Below, one piece after another: positions 28,920-38,065 of a stretch of DNA of 51,137 nt (position 1 is the first letter of the stretch; each line of letters opens with the position of its first letter). The DNA is from a virus (Duplodnaviria; Caudoviricetes), in IMG/VR virus record IMGVR_UViG_3300030098_003180, positions 1-51,137 of that record; one strand, written 5' to 3'. The notes under the pieces are model-generated. The model was given only the letters and a program-made list of their open reading frames with translations. It did not search any database and was not told the DNA's origin. The position numbers were made by a program, and so were the translations under genes.

Positions 28920-31354
28920 TATTTTTCTCCTCCTTGTTGTTGTCTAGGCGCCATAACCATAAAAGCTTCAGTATATTGTTTTTCTAATTTAAGAGCTCTT
29001 TGCTGATATAAGTCAACATCTAGCTTTACTTTAGCCATTTGATTAGCGTAGTTTTGAACTTCTGCACCATATTTTGTTAATTTATTTTGATTTTTAACTG
29101 CAATTTTTTGTATATCTGCATTGTACTTAGCTATTCTATTTTGATTTACACTTGCAACTTTTTGCACTTCTGCATTATAATTTGCTAAATTGTTTTGAAA
29201 ATCTGTAGTATTAAATGCTAAGTCACTTTGAAATTTTGCAGTTGCAGATTGAACTTCTGCTTGATATTTTGCCATATCATAACCAGTTTCTACTTGATAT
29301 GCCTGTAAAGCTTTAGATGTTTTAGCTTGATGATCTTGAACAGAAGCTGCAACTCTAGATGTTTCTTTTTGTAAATCTGTATTGTATTGTTGCAATCTTC
29401 CAGCAAATCTATCTTTCCATTGTCCAAATATTTTATTAAATTCTTCATTTGTCCATCTTTGAACTTCTGTAGCAACAGCAGCTTGGTATTTACCTAAATC
29501 TTGTGCATATACCTTAATATCTCTTTCTTGTTTTGAATCTTTCATTTGAGCATTTAGTAAATCTATTTGCAATTGAGCTTGATAAGATGTACTAGCTTCA
29601 TTAAATTTATTTAGTCCACTTTGAATATCGGCTTGATATTTTTGTAATTCTGTAGTTCTTTTTGATTGAAATAATTGTATAGCTAAACTATTTTCTATTT
29701 GATATTCTTGAACAATCTTATTAATATCATTACTATAATTAACCAAATCTTGTTGATATAATGCTATTTTTTGCTGATCATCAGCAGAACTTAATTGTGC
29801 ATTTTGTACAGCTTTTTGAAAGCTAACTTGAAATGCTGAGTTTTGTGAATTAAACTCATTTAGTTCATCTTGAACTTTAGCAGTAAATTCTTGAACATCA
29901 CTTAATCTTTTAGATTCCCATAACTTAATATCTTTATTCATGTTATTAGTATATTCTTGCAACTCTTTATTTACAGATACTTGATATTCTTGCAGTTGCT
30001 GCATATATAGCTGTACTTTTTGATCTTCATCTTTACTTGATAATTGAGCATCTTGTGTTGCTTGTTGAAATTTTGTAGTGTACTCTGTTGATTGCTCAGT
30101 AAAAGATTGAACGCTATTTTGAACTTCAGCTTGAAACTGTGTAATTTTTGTTTGTATATCTTCTAATCTAGATTTAGCCATTTCAGGATCTTCTTCTGTA
30201 TTTATCCATGTATCAACATCACCATAATTAGGTGTATTTAAAACAGGAGGAACATAAGATGGCGCAGTTTCTGTAAAAGAAATGCTAGTATTTGATAAGT
30301 CAGGAGCTATAGGGGCTACTGATTTTATATTTAAATCGCTTATAGTAGGCGCAGCATCTAAACTTAAAGTTGGCTTGTTATAAGCAGGAGCACTATCACT
30401 AAAAGTTACCGAATTGTCTGATAACGAAGGAGATATAGGAGCTACTGCGGTTATATCTAAAGAGCCTAAAGTTATATTAGGAGTTAAAGATAGCGTTGGT
30501 TGAACATATACTGGAGCTGTTCCAGTTATTGTACCATCATTTAAAGATATACTTGGAGCAGTTGGAGTTACTGGTAACGACATATCTGGTATAGTATCTA
30601 ACACTATTTCTGAATATATTGGTGGAACAAATGTTTCTATACTTCCTACATCTGAAAAATCTACATTAACTTCAGAAAGAGAAATAGGTTGAATAAATGT
30701 TCCTGGAGCTGTATAAGAAGGTAAACTTTCAGATACAGTATCTAACGTAACGCTTAAAGAAGAAGATTCTTCTAATACAACATCAATTAAATCAGAAGGT
30801 AATTTATCGTGAGCTGCTTTTACATAATAATCTATTACTTTAGAAGCAGCATACAAAACAACCAAATAAACTTTATCCTTAGGGAAGAATCTTATATCAG
30901 AATCTCCATACGCTATGTTAGCAGCATCACTATCTCTTTTAGGGTCAGTATTTATATAATATACTTTAAAAGTATTTGGATCACTACTTGGATTAGGAAA
31001 AACGTTTATCTTACCATTATCAAGAACAGTGTAAGCTGGATTAAATTTAGAAGCATAATGAATACTATTTATATCAGTTACTCTAGATTGTAAACTAGGA
31101 GGAATTGGTCTTGCATCTCTCCAATCATTAGTAGTTCCAGATTGCCTAACAACAGAAAGTATTTCACCTTTAACAGTTTCAGAATCATTAGATGCTATCT
31201 CACTTGTAACTCTTTGAAAATAGAACTTATCTTCAGGTCTTAATGCAATTACTTTATTTTGAACGTCAATAACACCATCTTTAAGATATTGAGTTAATCT
31301 TGTTGTTTCTGTTAAACCTGTTAAAGCTTCTACTTGTGTTTGAAAATCTGCCAT
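28919..31354 (-). CDS. Virion protein with adaptor-like N-terminus, Pro-rich repeats and Gln-rich coiled-coil repeats (811 aa)
   Basis: Position after the capsid genes; visible internal repeats (see findings). Confidence 0.6.
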   Translation of the reverse strand: MADFQTQVEALTGLTETTRLTQYLKDGVIDVQNKVIALRPEDKFYFQRVTSEIASNDSETVKGEILSVVRQSGTTNDWRDARPIPPSLQSRVTDINSIHYASKFNPAYTVLDNGKINVFPNPSSDPNTFKVYYINTDPKRDSDAANIAYGDSDIRFFPKDKVYLVVLYAASKVIDYYVKAAHDKLPSDLIDVVLEESSSLSVTLDTVSESLPSYTAPGTFIQPISLSEVNVDFSDVGSIETFVPPIYSEIVLDTIPDMSLPVTPTAPSISLNDGTITGTAPVYVQPTLSLTPNITLGSLDITAVAPISPSLSDNSVTFSDSAPAYNKPTLSLDAAPTISDLNIKSVAPIAPDLSNTSISFTETAPSYVPPVLNTPNYGDVDTWINTEEDPEMAKSRLEDIQTKITQFQAEVQNSVQSFTEQSTEYTTKFQQATQDAQLSSKDEDQKVQLYMQQLQEYQVSVNKELQEYTNNMNKDIKLWESKRLSDVQEFTAKVQDELNEFNSQNSAFQVSFQKAVQNAQLSSADDQQKIALYQQDLVNYSNDINKIVQEYQIENSLAIQLFQSKRTTELQKYQADIQSGLNKFNEASTSYQAQLQIDLLNAQMKDSKQERDIKVYAQDLGKYQAAVATEVQRWTNEEFNKIFGQWKDRFAGRLQQYNTDLQKETSRVAASVQDHQAKTSKALQAYQVETGYDMAKYQAEVQSATAKFQSDLAFNTTDFQNNLANYNAEVQKVASVNQNRIAKYNADIQKIAVKNQNKLTKYGAEVQNYANQMAKVKLDVDLYQQRALKLEKQYTEAFMVMAPRQQQGGEK

Positions 31355-31373
31355 TTAATCCTTTTAGTTAAGT

Positions 31374-31413
31374 GACCCACCCCCTGAGAGAACACACTAT
31401 CAAGGGGCAGATC
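31374..31413 (-). terminator. Hairpin after the capsid/decoration genes (terminator or attenuator)
   Basis: Minus strand GATCTGCCCCTTGA...TCAGGGGGTGGGTC stem directly after the stop of 31421-31714; weak U-tract. Confidence 0.55.
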
Positions 31414-31420
31414 TATTATT

Positions 31421-31714
31421 CTACGTTAAGTTTAACGCATTGTAGAAGTTACTTCCATCACAAACTACATCACAGAAATCACCTGCTGCGTCTATATTAC
31501 CTGAAGAGTTCACAGTCGAAGCTGCTCCAGATTTATATACAAACTTAGCATGCCAACCTGCACCAGCGTCAGCTGCATCAGGTAAAGTTACTGTGGCTGC
31601 AGCGCAAAGAAATATCTTTCCACTATCGGATGCTTTAAGGGTTACAGCGCCTTCAAGTGTTTCCACCATATTTTGCGCCCAACCTGCTCTTGCACCATTT
31701 TTAGTTTGTGCCAT
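31421..31714 (-). CDS. Capsid-associated accessory/decoration protein
   Basis: TLKASDSGKIF...TVTLPDAADAGAGWHAKF...GDFCDVVCDGSNFY; directly downstream of the MCP. Confidence 0.6.
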   Translation of the reverse strand: MAQTKNGARAGWAQNMVETLEGAVTLKASDSGKIFLCAAATVTLPDAADAGAGWHAKFVYKSGAASTVNSSGNIDAAGDFCDVVCDGSNFYNALNLT

Positions 31715-31725
31715 TGTTCACCCCC

Positions 31726-32160
31726 TTACGAGTTAGCGCCAACAATACCATTAGTTGCTGAACTGAAAGATTCACACCACCAAGTAGTACCATCATTCCA
31801 TATTTCAACATAATCACCAATGACAGAAGTGCCACTAGCAAATTTTACTAAGTTATTGTCTATCGCGTTTATGCCCGTTGTTGGATCCATGCTAAAACCT
31901 TTGATACCATTAGAAGCACCACTATCAATTTTAACATCATTTGAACCAGCATCAGTAAGTACAAATCTAAACCATAGGCCAGCAGCGTCTGCAGGTAATG
32001 TTACCGAAAACGCAGCATCTTGGTCTATAGTATAGATAGTACCACTGTCAGCAGCTGATAAAAGTGTAGCAGCAGCTATTGCTCCTGTTTTTACTTTACC
32101 ATCAGCGGCATATTGCAAGTTGTCACCATCTTTATTTTGTCCATATAAAGGTATACTCAT
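31726..32160 (-). CDS. Capsid-associated accessory/decoration protein
   Basis: GGAGG RBS; LLSAADSGTIY...VTLPADAAGLWFRF...IGDYVEIWNDGTTWW. Confidence 0.65.
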   Translation of the reverse strand: MSIPLYGQNKDGDNLQYAADGKVKTGAIAAATLLSAADSGTIYTIDQDAAFSVTLPADAAGLWFRFVLTDAGSNDVKIDSGASNGIKGFSMDPTTGINAIDNNLVKFASGTSVIGDYVEIWNDGTTWWCESFSSATNGIVGANS

Positions 32161-32170
32161 CTTAAACCTC

Positions 32171-33667
32171 CTATACCCAGATAGCGTGAGTTTCTGGACA
32201 ACACCATTCCATTCCCGCTTCTGTTAAGATTTGATCCACTCTACGATCGACACCAGAGTTCTCTAAAGTCTGAACTCCTACATAGACTGATGTATCACGA
32301 TTGATACCGTTACCAACTAATGGTCTGTATGCACAATATTTCATGTTGATACCAATCATTTTAACATTAGTACCATCTAAGTGAACGTTACGTGCTACAT
32401 TCATATCACCATATACAGTTGATATTGTTGTTATATCTACACCAAACACTTTTTTCTTACCAGATATAGAGAAGTCTGCTCTATAATTAGGTGAGATTTC
32501 AATGTTATTAGCAAAGTATCCAGATAGTTTATGCAACCAATTGTATACCGCTGTATTACAGAAGAATACAGTTGAGCCTGCATTATTATATCTAGGATCT
32601 AACATTGCTGATAAATCATCCAAGAAATCATCTTGTGTTTTAGTAGATGTTGATAAACTAAATGAGTTACCATAAGTTTGTATAAAATCAACAGCACCTT
32701 CAGTAGTGTTAGCTGTTGAATTTAATGAACCAAACAATAATGAGTTTTCAATATCCCATTTATGCTCAATTAGTTTTTCTTTCCATATACGAGCCCATTC
32801 ATTACCTTCGTACTTTAACACAGTAGCTCTATCAGTATTATTCATAACTGCTGAAGTTTTGAATATCTGAGTTTGTCCATGTGAAGTACTGTAAGGTTGA
32901 TCTGCCCAAGTTTCTGGATAACCAGAACCTGCAGCATGAGCTGAACCGACTACATAACATTTGAAAGGTTCACAAACTTCTTGCGACTGCGTTGTTTCAG
33001 TACTTGTTGTACCTAAACCAGGACCACCATTTGCAACTGAATCAGTTGGATCTGGATAACGTCTAGCAGCAGCAGCACCTTTTACACAAGTAGCTTTAAC
33101 TATTGCGTAGTTTGCTGTACCTAAATCAACTGTATTTACTTTCCAAAGCTCATACTCTGTTGGAGTATTAGAGTCTGAAGAAGCAGCAGCAATTTTGATG
33201 ATTTGACCTGGAACAAAGAATTTAGGCTGAGTTCCTGTCACGCCAGCAAAATACTTTACAGCTTGACCTTTAATGTTCTGAAGATTACCTTCAGAGTTGT
33301 AATCAGTATAAAATTTAAACGAATAAACGCTTGAATCTGCTGTTGCAGTATGATCTCCAGCATCTGGATTAGCAAAAGTGCTTCCACCTGCGGCATCATA
33401 CCCAACCATATAAGCATATCGTTTAGTGTAAGATGATCTTTTTTCAGTAAACTTGAAAGCAGGATCATCTGTTGGTTTTTTGGCAACCATACTCAAAAAT
33501 CTAAAAAATGGATCTTGAGCCAATGCTAGTTCTGAAACGTAACTACCGAAGTTATACTTTCTACGCAACGCGCCAGTATTACCTGCGGTCGTTTCTATCC
33601 CAGTCCTGGCATCATGGTCTTGATCAGAAAGCAAAGCATTTCCAACCACAGTATTCATATCTGCCAT
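32171..33667 (-). CDS. Major capsid protein (HK97 fold)
   Basis: Follows the scaffold; TQIFKT, HKWDIENSLLFG, TTEG and ILTEAGME motifs typical of SU10/DUF5309-like MCPs. Confidence 0.85.
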   Translation of the reverse strand: MADMNTVVGNALLSDQDHDARTGIETTAGNTGALRRKYNFGSYVSELALAQDPFFRFLSMVAKKPTDDPAFKFTEKRSSYTKRYAYMVGYDAAGGSTFANPDAGDHTATADSSVYSFKFYTDYNSEGNLQNIKGQAVKYFAGVTGTQPKFFVPGQIIKIAAASSDSNTPTEYELWKVNTVDLGTANYAIVKATCVKGAAAARRYPDPTDSVANGGPGLGTTSTETTQSQEVCEPFKCYVVGSAHAAGSGYPETWADQPYSTSHGQTQIFKTSAVMNNTDRATVLKYEGNEWARIWKEKLIEHKWDIENSLLFGSLNSTANTTEGAVDFIQTYGNSFSLSTSTKTQDDFLDDLSAMLDPRYNNAGSTVFFCNTAVYNWLHKLSGYFANNIEISPNYRADFSISGKKKVFGVDITTISTVYGDMNVARNVHLDGTNVKMIGINMKYCAYRPLVGNGINRDTSVYVGVQTLENSGVDRRVDQILTEAGMEWCCPETHAIWV

Positions 33668-33713
33668 TTTTATCTCCTAACTATTTTAAATTAAGTTCGG
33701 GAGATTAAATTAT

Positions 33714-34616
33714 CTACCCAAACAAGTTATCTACGCTATTGTCATTGCCAAGAATAGAATCAAAGACACCTCTGTCTTCAGATACATCTTTTTGACCTTG
33801 ACTATTAGCTCCACTAGCAGATGTAGGCATATTTCTAACATTCTTCATTTGGCTAAGCATTTCTGTTTTAGTGCTTTGAGCAACATTAGCAGCGTTTTTA
33901 TCTTTATTTAAAATATAATGTATATCTTCTAAAGACATTCTATGATTCTGAGCTTTATGCTTAAAATCAGCATAGTCTTCTTCTGACATTTTATATTTTT
34001 CTTTAAACTCTACTTCTTGTTTTTTTATCTCATTAGCTCTATTTATTTCATCAGCTCTTTGTTTTTCCTGATTTACCATAGTTCCAACTCTTTGTTCAAC
34101 CATTCGGTCAACATGTGCATTCATAACTTTCGCACTATCGGATTCTGGATCAGTCATTGCTTCGTGCTGATCAAACACAAAATCTTCATCAAGTTTTAAT
34201 TCTTCTTGAACAGATTTCGCTGGTGCTCCACCACCTTGAAGATAGTCTTTGACATGTTCTACAAGTCCACTATCATTTTTCATAGCATCAAGAACAGGTA
34301 CAAATTGTTCAACAGATTTATACCTATCTCTCCACTTAACGGCCTCTCGACTACTATCCGTATATCGCTTTTGCCAGTCTGTGCCGCTATTAGACTGTTC
34401 TGCCACATTGTTGGAGCCTTCCTCTTTATTAGCGTGGGTTACCTGTTTAGGGGCCACTTCTTGATTCGGGGTTACCTCAGTGTCTACTATACCACCATTT
34501 ACTTGGTTTTCAAGACCACTAAAGAAATCCTCGGAGCCTGAGTCATTAGATGCTGATGCAGACTCTAATGAGTCTCCTTGCATACCAATTTCAGGGTTAC
34601 CTTGAGATTCTTCCAT
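33714..34616 (-). CDS. Capsid scaffolding protein
   Basis: Acidic low-complexity N-terminus, WQKRYTDSSREA coiled coil; located between portal and MCP. Confidence 0.75.
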   Translation of the reverse strand: MEESQGNPEIGMQGDSLESASASNDSGSEDFFSGLENQVNGGIVDTEVTPNQEVAPKQVTHANKEEGSNNVAEQSNSGTDWQKRYTDSSREAVKWRDRYKSVEQFVPVLDAMKNDSGLVEHVKDYLQGGGAPAKSVQEELKLDEDFVFDQHEAMTDPESDSAKVMNAHVDRMVEQRVGTMVNQEKQRADEINRANEIKKQEVEFKEKYKMSEEDYADFKHKAQNHRMSLEDIHYILNKDKNAANVAQSTKTEMLSQMKNVRNMPTSASGANSQGQKDVSEDRGVFDSILGNDNSVDNLFG

Positions 34617-34643
34617 GATTTCTCCTTTATTCTAGTTTATAGT

Positions 34644-36941
34644 TTATTCATTTTTGGACCTATTATCCAAATCTTTTTTATAATTTTGTAAAATATCATT
34701 AGCTCTAGCTTTATTTAAGTTAGCTTCAGCTGCCATTGTATTACGTAAAAGTTTTTGTTTTCCACCTGTTTCTACCATCTCTTTATTTAGGTTAGCTTTT
34801 ACTTGTTCTTTCTGTCTATTTATTTCAATTTCAGCATCTTTAACTTTTCCTTTAATACCTGCTTGAACAAGTTGTCTTTCTAGAGTCTCAATTGTTCCTT
34901 CTCTATCCTTAAGAGCTTCAGACATTTGTTGAACTTGACCTTGTAGTTGAGAGTATAAAGATTTACGTTGAACAATTTTTTCTTTATTCTTAATATCTGT
35001 TTCAGCAAGAACAGCTATATCGTCTACGACTCCCATTTGCAGTAATTGTTTTAATTCTTCTAGATATGCCCATCTATTTATAGGTAATGTAGAACCAGAT
35101 ACAACTCTTACATCAAACTTAACTGAATTTATATCCATAGATTTACCTATAGCTTCACCTAGATCATTATAGATAGGAACATTAATTTCCTGTTCTTTTC
35201 CTTCTTGAATTGCACTAGGCTGTATAATTCTAAACCTTTTATTAGCTGTATATGTTGCTTGAGAATAGTTCATTAATACTTCACCAACTTGTCTTAATGC
35301 AGGTTCTATACAAGTATTCATCCATTGTTTTATTCTTCTTGTTCCATATTCATCTAAAGCAAGCATACCTCTATAAGTTTCACTTGCTCCTCCAGTATCT
35401 CCCATCATAGAACTATATATACCTGCTAAATATTCCATATCACCTTTACTTTCTTGAACTATAGTAAAAAATGCATTAGATAATGGTGCAGGTTGAACTG
35501 GTGTCGGTGGAGTTACTCCTGGTCTTATAGGAAGCAATGCTCCTGGGCTTGAAGAATATCTTTCCCAAGTTTCAGCATCAATAGAACCTTCTTCATACAT
35601 CCATCTTAAACTACTACCTAAAGATGCATTGTGAACCATAATTTGATGAGCTTTATTAATTTCTTGCTGTTTACCTATTAAAGGCGCAACAGCACTCATT
35701 GGATAAGGAGTCCCTGTCCATTTATAATGAAAAGGTATTAATGGATATTCTGTAACTGTATCAGGTAATATTTTACTATACAACAACTGATCTCCTACTA
35801 CAACAGTTTGTTTTACTCTTGTATTATAAAATTGAATTTTATCTACTATATTATTTGCTATTGTTGGATTTTTTAATATTAACTTGTATTCTTTTTCAGT
35901 TATAATTTGATTTTCAATTTTAGAAGCTTCTGCTTGCAATTTACTCATACATTCTTGTTGGTAAGCTTGTATTTGTTGTTGCATCATTTCTTGAGCTTTT
36001 TTCATTTCTAAATTATAACGCTCTTCAAGAATTTCACCTGACTGTAATGCCATGTCCATTTTTTGTTTTTGCTCTAAAAATTGAACTTCTAATTCTTGAG
36101 CCATTTCAGCAACCATTACATCACATTGCTCTTTAAGCTGTTTTAAAACTTCAGGGCTAGGAGGTATTCTATAAAAGAGATTTACATATGATACTTTAAC
36201 TTTCTCGTATGTTTCAAAAAATTCACATAACTCATCTGTCTCTCCATAAGGAGTTACTCCTTGAGAGTTTTGCTCAGTATCATCATTATACATAAATAAC
36301 TTTTGATCTTCATCACCATTAGCTCTAATACTAAAAGATCTTTGGCTAGATTCATCACTATTAGATTTTTTAACTTTAGCTTTGTATTCTGGGAAAACAT
36401 TCATTAAGTGATGTCTTGGCAGAACTTTTCTAACCATAACAAACGCTGCATCTCTAAATAACATGTCTCTAGATTTAGGGTCTACATATATATCAAATGG
36501 TTCTGGATTTTGAACTACAACTTCACCCATTCCATTATCAGCATCTTTATCAACCGACACCATTAAATAACCCACTCCTTTAGTAACACAATCATTGATA
36601 GCGTTATTGTATAAAGTTGCCCCATTAGACCCTGCCCAAACATAATCTGACAAGTCTGACATTACAGCTGCTATATCAACATCGCTTCCTTCTACGCCTA
36701 TTGCTTGCCATCTAGGGTTATTAGCGGTAGCATAAAAGTTCAACATTTCAACAACAGGAAGTATTCTATTGATCGTAAAAGTAGGCATACCTTGTTCTTC
36801 TAAAGTGTCTTTTTCTTCTTGAGTTAACTGCTCATCATGAGCAAACTCATAACCTTTTTGATTAATATTTTCCCATTGTTTTCTAGTCCAACTATTAGCT
36901 AGATTATATAACTGTCTTATTTCATCAACTTTTTTAGCCAT
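34644..36941 (-). CDS. Portal protein (P22-like, C-terminal coiled-coil barrel)
   Basis: PTFTINRILPVV, PFDIYVDPKSR, QQEINK motifs; 765 aa; located between terminase and scaffold. Confidence 0.9.
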   Translation of the reverse strand: MAKKVDEIRQLYNLANSWTRKQWENINQKGYEFAHDEQLTQEEKDTLEEQGMPTFTINRILPVVEMLNFYATANNPRWQAIGVEGSDVDIAAVMSDLSDYVWAGSNGATLYNNAINDCVTKGVGYLMVSVDKDADNGMGEVVVQNPEPFDIYVDPKSRDMLFRDAAFVMVRKVLPRHHLMNVFPEYKAKVKKSNSDESSQRSFSIRANGDEDQKLFMYNDDTEQNSQGVTPYGETDELCEFFETYEKVKVSYVNLFYRIPPSPEVLKQLKEQCDVMVAEMAQELEVQFLEQKQKMDMALQSGEILEERYNLEMKKAQEMMQQQIQAYQQECMSKLQAEASKIENQIITEKEYKLILKNPTIANNIVDKIQFYNTRVKQTVVVGDQLLYSKILPDTVTEYPLIPFHYKWTGTPYPMSAVAPLIGKQQEINKAHQIMVHNASLGSSLRWMYEEGSIDAETWERYSSSPGALLPIRPGVTPPTPVQPAPLSNAFFTIVQESKGDMEYLAGIYSSMMGDTGGASETYRGMLALDEYGTRRIKQWMNTCIEPALRQVGEVLMNYSQATYTANKRFRIIQPSAIQEGKEQEINVPIYNDLGEAIGKSMDINSVKFDVRVVSGSTLPINRWAYLEELKQLLQMGVVDDIAVLAETDIKNKEKIVQRKSLYSQLQGQVQQMSEALKDREGTIETLERQLVQAGIKGKVKDAEIEINRQKEQVKANLNKEMVETGGKQKLLRNTMAAEANLNKARANDILQNYKKDLDNRSKNE

Positions 36942-36943
36942 TA

Positions 36944-37336
36944 TTACTCCTTAATTTCAAAATGAGGAAAGTCATCAAATCTATTATCATGAACATACCA
37001 ATCTTGATCCCAGTCTCCACCCCATCTTAATGTTATACCCATAGATTTTGCTATCCCAATAACAAATCCAGCAAATAAATGAAAGCGTTCCCTATCATCC
37101 CAATCAATAGGATAAGGAACAACATCAGCAGCCTTAGACGGGTTAGCATTGTGCCTTCCATTTGGCCAATAGACTTTTGTTTTTCCTTCTTCATAGAGTT
37201 CATTTTGTCTTACCTCACCTCTGTGACCTTCTATAACAGCACAGTCAACATGTTTAATTACTTCATTAAATACTTTCTGCAATTTTTTATCGCAGGTTGC
37301 TAAATTCTTTTTACTTCTTCTTCCAAAATACGGCAT
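36944..37336 (-). CDS. Peptidase M15 family endolysin (L-Ala-D-Glu peptidase-like)
   Basis: EGHRGEVRQNELY, RHN...AAD, RWGGDW, DFPHFE zinc-ligand motifs. Confidence 0.9.
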   Translation of the reverse strand: MPYFGRRSKKNLATCDKKLQKVFNEVIKHVDCAVIEGHRGEVRQNELYEEGKTKVYWPNGRHNANPSKAADVVPYPIDWDDRERFHLFAGFVIGIAKSMGITLRWGGDWDQDWYVHDNRFDDFPHFEIKE

Positions 37337-37345
37337 AATGTTCTC

Positions 37346-38065
37346 CTATTTGTCTTTTATGTATCCATATATTTTTTCTATATTAGTAGTGTCCATTGGT
37401 TCTAATAAAGGATCTATAGTCATTTCATCTCCTGTATATTTCCTATTTTTACTAGGCTCCCAATAATAGTCTGTAGAATAAACACTATCTAAATAAGTCA
37501 TTAATTTTCTGTAACTAGCTTTAGTTTCTTTTTCATTTTTAAAATACCAAGCTTTCACATTTGGTTGGTGAGCTACTTCAGGATATTTTTGAAAAAAATC
37601 AGAAACAAATCTAGTTGCCCCAACATGTCTTGAGTCCCAATCCCAACCCCAAAAATAACCATAATCTTTTGCCGCTGTTCCTATTGCTCTGTAAGGTTTT
37701 TGAGTAGCATAAGTTCTTCCATCCATAACCTTACCATCTATGGAAATATTAAAATCTGCAGCAGCACCAAAATTATGCATTCCAATAGAAGATTTACTTC
37801 TTCCTGATTCATATAACTCCCATTGCTCATCTAAATCTCTATGCATTCCCTTATGCTCATCTAAACTTACTTTAACGTCTTTACCTGGATATTGAACTCT
37901 TAATATTTTTTCAGCATTAACAGCTATTTGTCTAGCATTCTTATAAAATTGATCACTATCCCATTTAGGTTTTTCTGGGGTCTTAGATTTTGTAGGAAGT
38001 TTTGTTCCAATTATATTACCATTGTCATCATATAAATATTGTATATCACTCACGCTGTAACCCAA
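37346..38065 (-). CDS. Second peptidase M15 family protein with N- and C-terminal extensions
   Basis: HRDLDEQWELY, MHNFGAAADF, WGWDWDSRHV motifs. Confidence 0.75.
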   Translation of the reverse strand: MGYSVSDIQYLYDDNGNIIGTKLPTKSKTPEKPKWDSDQFYKNARQIAVNAEKILRVQYPGKDVKVSLDEHKGMHRDLDEQWELYESGRSKSSIGMHNFGAAADFNISIDGKVMDGRTYATQKPYRAIGTAAKDYGYFWGWDWDSRHVGATRFVSDFFQKYPEVAHQPNVKAWYFKNEKETKASYRKLMTYLDSVYSTDYYWEPSKNRKYTGDEMTIDPLLEPMDTTNIEKIYGYIKDK

